NCBI GenBank assembly: GCA_040508515.1
Contig: JBEVMS010000281.1
Location: forward strand, 1 to 41,780
Direction: 5' to 3'
Source of the DNA: Dyella sp.
Lineage (GTDB): Bacteria > Pseudomonadota > Gammaproteobacteria > Xanthomonadales > Rhodanobacteraceae
DNA length: 41,780 nucleotides
Part shown: positions 36,832-41,780 of the stretch, piece by piece
Layout: each line of letters starts with the position of its first letter
Numbering within the stretch: the stretch's first letter is position 1
The notes under the pieces: model-generated
The model's database searches: none
What the model saw: only the letters and a program-made list of their open reading frames with translations
What the model was told of the DNA's origin: nothing
Program-made: the position numbers and the translations under genes

Positions 36832-38278
36832 TCGCGTGGCCGTCATCCTGGCGGCATCGCTGCTGGGCGCCTGTTCGATGGCACCGGCCTACAAGCCGCC
36901 GGCCGTGCCGGTCGCGGCCAGTTATCAGCCGACCGGCCCCTGGACCACGGCGGCACCGGCCGACCAATTGCCGCGTGAGGGCTGGTGGAAAATCTACGCC
37001 GATCCGCGCCTTGACCAGTTGGAAGATCAACTCTTGGCGCACAACACCGACCTGGCGGTAGCGCTGGCCAGCTACCAGCAGTCGCGCGACTTCCTCAACG
37101 AAGTGCGCGCCGATCTGTTTCCGCAGCTCTCGGTCGGCGGCAGCGCGACGCGCAATCGCCAGTCCAGCAACGTGGCGCTGCGCAGCAGCAGCTCACCCAC
37201 CTGGTACAACGCTTATTCGGTCACCGGTCAGGCCAGCTACGAAGTCGACCTGTGGGGTCAGGTGCGCGACAGCGTGGCCGCCAGCCGCGCGCAGATGCAG
37301 GCATCGGCGGCGGATCTGGCCTCGGTGCGCTTGAGCTTGGAAACACAACTGGCCAGCAGCTACGTGGCGTTGGTCGGGCTGGATCGGCAGATTGATCTGC
37401 TGCAGACCAGCGTGACCACCTACATGCGCGCGCTGCAGCTCACACAGACCTTGCATCAAGGTGGCGCGGTGTCCGGGCTGGATGTGGATCAGGCGCAGAC
37501 GCTGCTGTCCTCGACCCGTTCGCAGTTGTCGCAGACCCAGGCGCAGCGTGCGCTGCTGCAACATGCCATCGCGGTGCTGGTGGGTGAATCGGCCTCGACC
37601 TTCGTGCTGCAAACGCAGACCGCGTTGCCGAACCTGCCGGTAATCCCGATCGGGTTGCCTTCGACCCTGTTGCAGCGGCGACCGGACATCGCCGCGGCCG
37701 AAAGGCTTACCGCCGCGGCCAATGCGCAGATCGGCGTGGCCAAGTCGGCGTTTTTCCCTTCGCTTGATTTAAGCGCGCAAGGCGGCCTTGCCAGTGCGGG
37801 TTATGGCAGTCTGCTGACCGCGCCCAGTCGCCTCTGGGCGCTGGGTCCGTCGGCGCTGCTGAGTGTGTTTGATGGCGGTCTGCGGCGTGCCCAGTTGGCC
37901 GCCGCCCGCGCCGCCACCGACCAGGCCGGCGCCAGCTACCGTGGCGTGGTGTTGGCCGCGTTCCAGCAGGTGGAAGACAACCAGTCGCAGCTCACCGAGC
38001 TAGGCAGCGCGCTGGTCGATCAGCAAGAGGCGGTGGCCGCCGCGGACCGCACCTTGAACCTCTCGCTCAGCCTGTACAAGCAAGGCGCGGATAGCTATTT
38101 GAACGTGGTCACCGCCCAGGTCACCGCTTTGCAGGCCCACCAGACGTTGCTCAGCCTGCAAGTCAGTCAATTGCAGGCGAGCGTGAATCTGGTCAAGGCG
38201 CTGGGCGGCGGTTGGTCCAGTGACGAACTCGATCCCAAGCGTTTGGCCCAGGATCAGCGTCAAGCCGTGAGCAAGTGA
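36818..38278 (+). CDS. Outer-membrane efflux lipoprotein (NodT/OprM family)
   Basis: ATG 36818 gives MKKPDRVAVILAASLLGACS with a lipobox, followed by the characteristic duplicated OEP repeats. It overlaps the adaptor gene by 14 nt. Confidence 0.9.
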   Translation: MKKPDRVAVILAASLLGACSMAPAYKPPAVPVAASYQPTGPWTTAAPADQLPREGWWKIYADPRLDQLEDQLLAHNTDLAVALASYQQSRDFLNEVRADLFPQLSVGGSATRNRQSSNVALRSSSSPTWYNAYSVTGQASYEVDLWGQVRDSVAASRAQMQASAADLASVRLSLETQLASSYVALVGLDRQIDLLQTSVTTYMRALQLTQTLHQGGAVSGLDVDQAQTLLSSTRSQLSQTQAQRALLQHAIAVLVGESASTFVLQTQTALPNLPVIPIGLPSTLLQRRPDIAAAERLTAAANAQIGVAKSAFFPSLDLSAQGGLASAGYGSLLTAPSRLWALGPSALLSVFDGGLRRAQLAAARAATDQAGASYRGVVLAAFQQVEDNQSQLTELGSALVDQQEAVAAADRTLNLSLSLYKQGADSYLNVVTAQVTALQAHQTLLSLQVSQLQASVNLVKALGGGWSSDELDPKRLAQDQRQAVSK

Positions 38279-38386
38279 TGGAGATGACGTGAGAAGCGCG
38301 CGGCTCTCGCTCGCTTGCCACGTTGGGCCGCTCACCTCTGGAAACTTCGGGTCCCGTCCCGGCGCGCCTGAAACACGTGCGCCGCA

Positions 38387-38423
38387 GCGCTTGCGGCTCA
38401 TGGGTCGCAAGCGCCTTTCTCTC
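38387..38423 (+). terminator. 9-bp stem hairpin (GCGCTTGCG-N10-CGCAAGCGC) followed by CTTTCTCTC; a possible terminator of the efflux operon
   Basis: Read directly. It lies 109 nt after the OMF stop. Confidence 0.35.
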
Positions 38424-38460
38424 GCCGCGTTGTGTCTGGCTGCTTTTCAGATGAGCCATG

Positions 38461-38502
38461 CGAGGTGAGAAACCCGCGTCGTCGCGGCTTTCTCACGCCT
38501 CG
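38461..38502. repeat. Long imperfect palindrome (about 17 bp paired: CGAGG-TGAGAAA-C-CCGCG / CGCGG-C-TTTCTCA-CGCCTCG), a member of a local GAGAA(A)/TTTCTC hairpin-repeat family
   Basis: Base pairing was worked out by hand. Related copies are at about 38283-38310 and 38562-38599. Confidence 0.7.
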
Positions 38503-38561
38503 TGTCTGGCTAAGCACGTTTCTCTAGCCTGCATCCGCAAGCTTCTTCCTCGGCATGGGGT

Positions 38562-38599
38562 GGGAGATGAGAAAACGCGCCAGGGCGGTACTCACTCCC
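38562..38599. repeat. Related palindromic element (GGGAGATGAG...CTCACTCCC) 23 nt downstream of the tal stop; may act as the tal terminator
   Basis: 9-bp outer stem with one bulge and a GC-rich inner stem. It shares a GAGATGAGAA-type arm with the copy at 38283. Confidence 0.55.
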
Positions 38600-38621
38600 T
38601 CACCCCAGCCACCACGCCGTT

Positions 38622-39575
38622 TTACAGCTTGGCGGCGAGCAGCGTTTCCAGCTTGCGCTGGTCCACCGCGAACTTGCGAATGCCATCAGCCAGCTTGTCG
38701 GTGGCCATCGGGTCTTCGTTGTGGCCGAAGCGGAACGCCGCTTCGCTGAGCTTACCCGGCGGGTTGCTCTGGTTGCTCTGATCGTGCAGCGCGCGCGGCA
38801 GCGGGGCGTGTTCGGCTTCGAGCTTTTCCAGCAGATCCGGACTGATCGTCAGCCGGTCGCAGCCGGCCAGGGCCTGAATCTGGCCTATGTTGCGGAAGCT
38901 GGCGCCCATCACCACGGTCTTGTAGCCGTGCTGCTTGTAGTAGTCGTAGATGCGCCGCACCGACTGCACGCCCGGGTCCTGCTCGGGGGCGTAGGTCTTC
39001 TGCTCGGTGTTCTGCACGTACCAGTCGAAGATGCGCCCGACGAAGGGCGAGATGAGGAACACCCCGGCCTCGGCGCAAGCCACCGCCTGCTCGAAGGAGA
39101 ACAGCAAGGTCAGGTTGCAGTTGATGCCGTCCTTTTCCAACTGCTCGGCGGCGCGGATGCCTTCCCAGGTGGAGGCCAGCTTGATCAGGATGCGCTCGCG
39201 ACCGATGCCGGCTTCCTGATAGAGGCCGACCAGTTTCTTGGCCTTGGCGATGCTGGCCTGAGTGTCGAAGGACAGGCGCGCATCCACTTCGGTGGACACG
39301 CGGCCAGGCACCAGTTGCAGGATCTTGTAACCGACCGCCACCGATAGATGGTCGCCAGCGTCGGTGATTTGCTGCGCGCGGTCGTTGCTCTGCTGTTTGG
39401 CCCAGGCCACAGCCTCGTCCAGCAGCGGCGCATAAGCGGAAATTCCCGAGGCCTTCAGCAGCAGCGAGGGGTTGGTGGTGGCGTCGACCGGCTTGTAGCG
39501 GGCGATTGCCTCGACATCGCCGGTGTCGGCGACGACGGTGGTGTACTGGCGCAATTGTTCAAGTTGCGAAGCCAT
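38622..39575 (-). CDS. tal: Transaldolase B
   Basis: ADTGD and [12 protein letters not shown] motifs and the Schiff-base Lys context [10 protein letters not shown]; 317 aa. Confidence 0.93.
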   Translation of the reverse strand: MASQLEQLRQYTTVVADTGDVEAIARYKPVDATTNPSLLLKASGISAYAPLLDEAVAWAKQQSNDRAQQITDAGDHLSVAVGYKILQLVPGRVSTEVDARLSFDTQASIAKAKKLVGLYQEAGIGRERILIKLASTWEGIRAAEQLEKDGINCNLTLLFSFEQAVACAEAGVFLISPFVGRIFDWYVQNTEQKTYAPEQDPGVQSVRRIYDYYKQHGYKTVVMGASFRNIGQIQALAGCDRLTISPDLLEKLEAEHAPLPRALHDQSNQSNPPGKLSEAAFRFGHNEDPMATDKLADGIRKFAVDQRKLETLLAAKL

Positions 39576-39650
39576 GGAACCTCCTACCTAGGGGGACGAC
39601 AAGTATAGGAGTATCCGTCAAGCGGAGTTTGCGCCACGTAGAGACGGGCG

Positions 39651-40943
39651 CTATGCATCGTCCGGGCGCGGCGGTGGGCGATCTTGTCCGGTCACGATGC
39701 GCGCATGACGCTGGTAGGTGAAGTAGGCCAGCGCCCAGTCCAGCAGCACCACCATGCGGTTGCGAAACCCGATCAGGAAGAAAATATGGGCGATCAGCCA
39801 GACCCACCAAGCCAGCGCGCCGGAAAATTTCATCCGGCCGATTTGCGCCACCGCGGCCATGTGCCCGATGGTGGCCAAAGCGCCGCCGTCCTTGTACTTA
39901 AACGCCGCGGCGTTGGGCTTGCCGTGCGCGCGGCGGATGATGGCCTGGCCCACGTACTGGCCCATTTGCTTGGCCGCCGGAGCGACCCCGGGCACCGGCT
40001 TGCCGTCGTTCTGCACGCTGGCCAAGTCGCCGATGACAAATACTTCCGGGTAGCCGGGCAGGCTCAGATCCGGCTGCACCAACACGCGGCCGGCACGATC
40101 GACCGGCGCCCCCAGCTGGCGTCCCAACGGCGAGGCGGAGACGCCGGCGGCCCACAACACGGTGTGCGAAGGAATTCGCGTATTGCCGACCTTGACCCCG
40201 TTGGCGTCCACCTCAGTCACCGGTTGGCCAGTCAGCACCTGCACACCGAGCGCTTCGAGTTGGCGCTGCGCCTTGGCCGACAGGCTCGGATCGAAGGCCG
40301 GTAGCACCCGCGCGCCGGCTTCCACGAGTAGCACGTTGGCGCTGCGCGGATTGGCCCGGCGGAACTCGCGCGGCAGCGTGTGTCGGGCGATCTCGGCCAC
40401 CGCGCCGGCCAGTTCCACGCCGGTGGCGCCAGCGCCGATCACCACGAAATTGAGCCATGCCTGGCGCAGTACCGGATCGTCCTCCTGCTCGGCGCGCTCG
40501 AAGGCACTCAGCATGCGGCGGCGGATGACGAAGGCATCGTCCAGGGTCTTCAAGCCGGGGGCGTCGGCGGCCCAGGCATCGTTGCCGAAATAGGCGTGCG
40601 TGGCACCGCTTGCGACCACCAGCCAGTCGTAGTGCAGCGCGCCGCGGCTCAAGGCCACCCGCCGACGCGCGGGATCGAGCTGTTCGACCTCGTCCATCAG
40701 CACCGTGACGTTGCGCTGATCACGCAGCATGTGGCGCAGCGGTGCGGCGATCGCCGGTGCGGACAGGCTGGCAGTGGCGACTTGGTAAAGCAGCGGCTGG
40801 AACAGGTGGTGGTTACGCCGATCGACCAGGGTGATGCGCACCGGCGCCTTGGCCAGCGCCTTGGCGGCCGCGATGCCGCCGAAGCCGCCGCCGATGATCA
40901 CGACGTGTGGCAGGAGCGACGAGTGGGAGTACGGTTGGTGCAT
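39651..40943 (-). CDS. ndh: Type II NADH:quinone oxidoreductase (NDH-2)
   Basis: Two dinucleotide-binding motifs (IIGGGFGG, VIGAGATGVE) and C-terminal amphipathic/hydrophobic helices. The internal ATG 40943 was chosen. Confidence 0.9.
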   Translation of the reverse strand: MHQPYSHSSLLPHVVIIGGGFGGIAAAKALAKAPVRITLVDRRNHHLFQPLLYQVATASLSAPAIAAPLRHMLRDQRNVTVLMDEVEQLDPARRRVALSRGALHYDWLVVASGATHAYFGNDAWAADAPGLKTLDDAFVIRRRMLSAFERAEQEDDPVLRQAWLNFVVIGAGATGVELAGAVAEIARHTLPREFRRANPRSANVLLVEAGARVLPAFDPSLSAKAQRQLEALGVQVLTGQPVTEVDANGVKVGNTRIPSHTVLWAAGVSASPLGRQLGAPVDRAGRVLVQPDLSLPGYPEVFVIGDLASVQNDGKPVPGVAPAAKQMGQYVGQAIIRRAHGKPNAAAFKYKDGGALATIGHMAAVAQIGRMKFSGALAWWVWLIAHIFFLIGFRNRMVVLLDWALAYFTYQRHARIVTGQDRPPPRPDDA

Positions 40944-41104
40944 GGATGCGGGTCGATCGATGGGGGCGCCATGGAAGCACATCACCGGTGTGCACTTGGT
41001 CAGCGTGACAATCTGACGCGACGCCCGACATCCATCGCATCGCAGGTGCGGAGCGCGCCTGCCGATGGGACTCGTCGTAATGCTGTGCCGCGCTGACGAC
41101 TGGC

Positions 41105-41780
41105 TCAGTACAGGTCGACCGGGTCGACATCCAGCGACCAGCGCACCTTGCGTCCGCTGGGTAATTGCCCCAGCCGGTACTGCCAGCCGCGCAGTTGGGC
41201 GTGCAGCGCGCTGCGTGTGCCCGCCTCCAGCAGCAGCTGACCGCGGTGGCGACCGGCACGCAGCGGCATCGGCGCGGGCATCGGTCCGGCGATTTGCCAG
41301 TCGTGCTCAGGCGGCAGCGCGGCGCAGGCAGCGGCCAGAAAATCGTCGACCAGGGCGCGTTGGTGCGCTTCGGCGCGCAGCAAAACCTGATGCCCGAACG
41401 GCGGTAGCTGCAGTTCGCGTCGCTCGGCGAGCAAAAGCCGCGCCACCGCCGCGTAGCCCTGCGCCAGCAACTGGCGCAGCAGCGGATGATCCGGATGGTG
41501 GGTTTGCAGCAACACGCGGCCGGGTTTGCTGGCGCGTCCGGCGCGACCGGCCACTTGCACCACCAACTGCGCCAGGCGTTCACTGGCACGAAAATCCACG
41601 CTATGCAGGCCTTCGTCGACACCGACGATGGCGACCAGGGTCAGGTACGGCAGGTCGTGCCCCTTGGCCAGCATCTGCGTGCCGACGAGGATCGCCGGCT
41701 GGTCGAGCTTGAGTCCGTCCAGCAGATGCTCGAAGGCGTCGCGCCGGCGGGTGGTTTCGCGATCGATGCGCAGCACCGGG
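41105..41780 (-). CDS. priA: Primosomal replication-restart helicase PriA, C-terminal part (the gene continues beyond the window)
   Basis: VGTQMLAKGHD and QVAGRAGR helicase motifs V/VI and the C-terminal domain. The frame is open to the window edge. Confidence 0.9.
   Translation of the reverse strand, partial: PVLRIDRETTRRRDAFEHLLDGLKLDQPAILVGTQMLAKGHDLPYLTLVAIVGVDEGLHSVDFRASERLAQLVVQVAGRAGRASKPGRVLLQTHHPDHPLLRQLLAQGYAAVARLLLAERRELQLPPFGHQVLLRAEAHQRALVDDFLAAACAALPPEHDWQIAGPMPAPMPLRAGRHRGQLLLEAGTRSALHAQLRGWQYRLGQLPSGRKVRWSLDVDPVDLY

Noticed and set aside
38193-38781. ORFs 38193-38459-, 38000-38410-, 38458-38781+ and 38555-38749+ around the hairpin-repeat spacer.
   Set aside because: They lie in repeat or hairpin DNA or antisense to tal. 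Their composition is biased and none has an SD or motif.

Overview
This is a high-GC chromosomal segment; hand-counted 60-nt lines are mostly about 65-75 % GC. Gene content and order look like a Xanthomonadales/Lysobacterales-type gammaproteobacterium: plant-type GshA, tandem dsbA next to cytochrome c4 and divergent engB, rhlB-trxA-rho, and ftsEX near rpoH. I support about 31 protein-coding genes, two of them truncated by the window edges. I recognised no rRNA, tRNA, CRISPR array, IS element or integrase.

Most of the window is housekeeping: cca, slt, dsbA x2, cyt c4, engB, msrC-like GAF, bioD, dcp, gshA, rho, trxA, rhlB, ftsE, ftsX, ung, rpoH, tal, ndh and priA.

The accessory-looking parts are:
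- A low-GC stretch at the left end with a translationally coupled GT2 + GT-C glycosyltransferase pair, next to an LtaS/OpgB-type transferase.
- A GH17-membrane fusion converging on an EEP plus small-membrane-protein operon.
- A two-component system followed by an RND efflux operon in the unusual order permease-adaptor-OMF.

The non-standard features are:
- A 222-aa Q/G/N/R-rich disordered N-terminal extension on Rho, containing a 15-nt tandem repeat.
- A roughly 180-aa Arg-rich tail on RhlB that ends in an amphipathic helix.
- A sigmaE-type promoter overlapped by a perfect 9-bp palindrome upstream of rpoH.
- Two unassigned GC-rich gaps (6595-7091 and 27899-28360) with coding-like periodicity but no intact gene.
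- A cluster of related hairpin repeats between the OMF gene and tal.

I did not find a clear-cut new multi-gene system. The candidates above are ranked by interest in the findings, and all functional calls rest on motif recognition by eye, not on searches.
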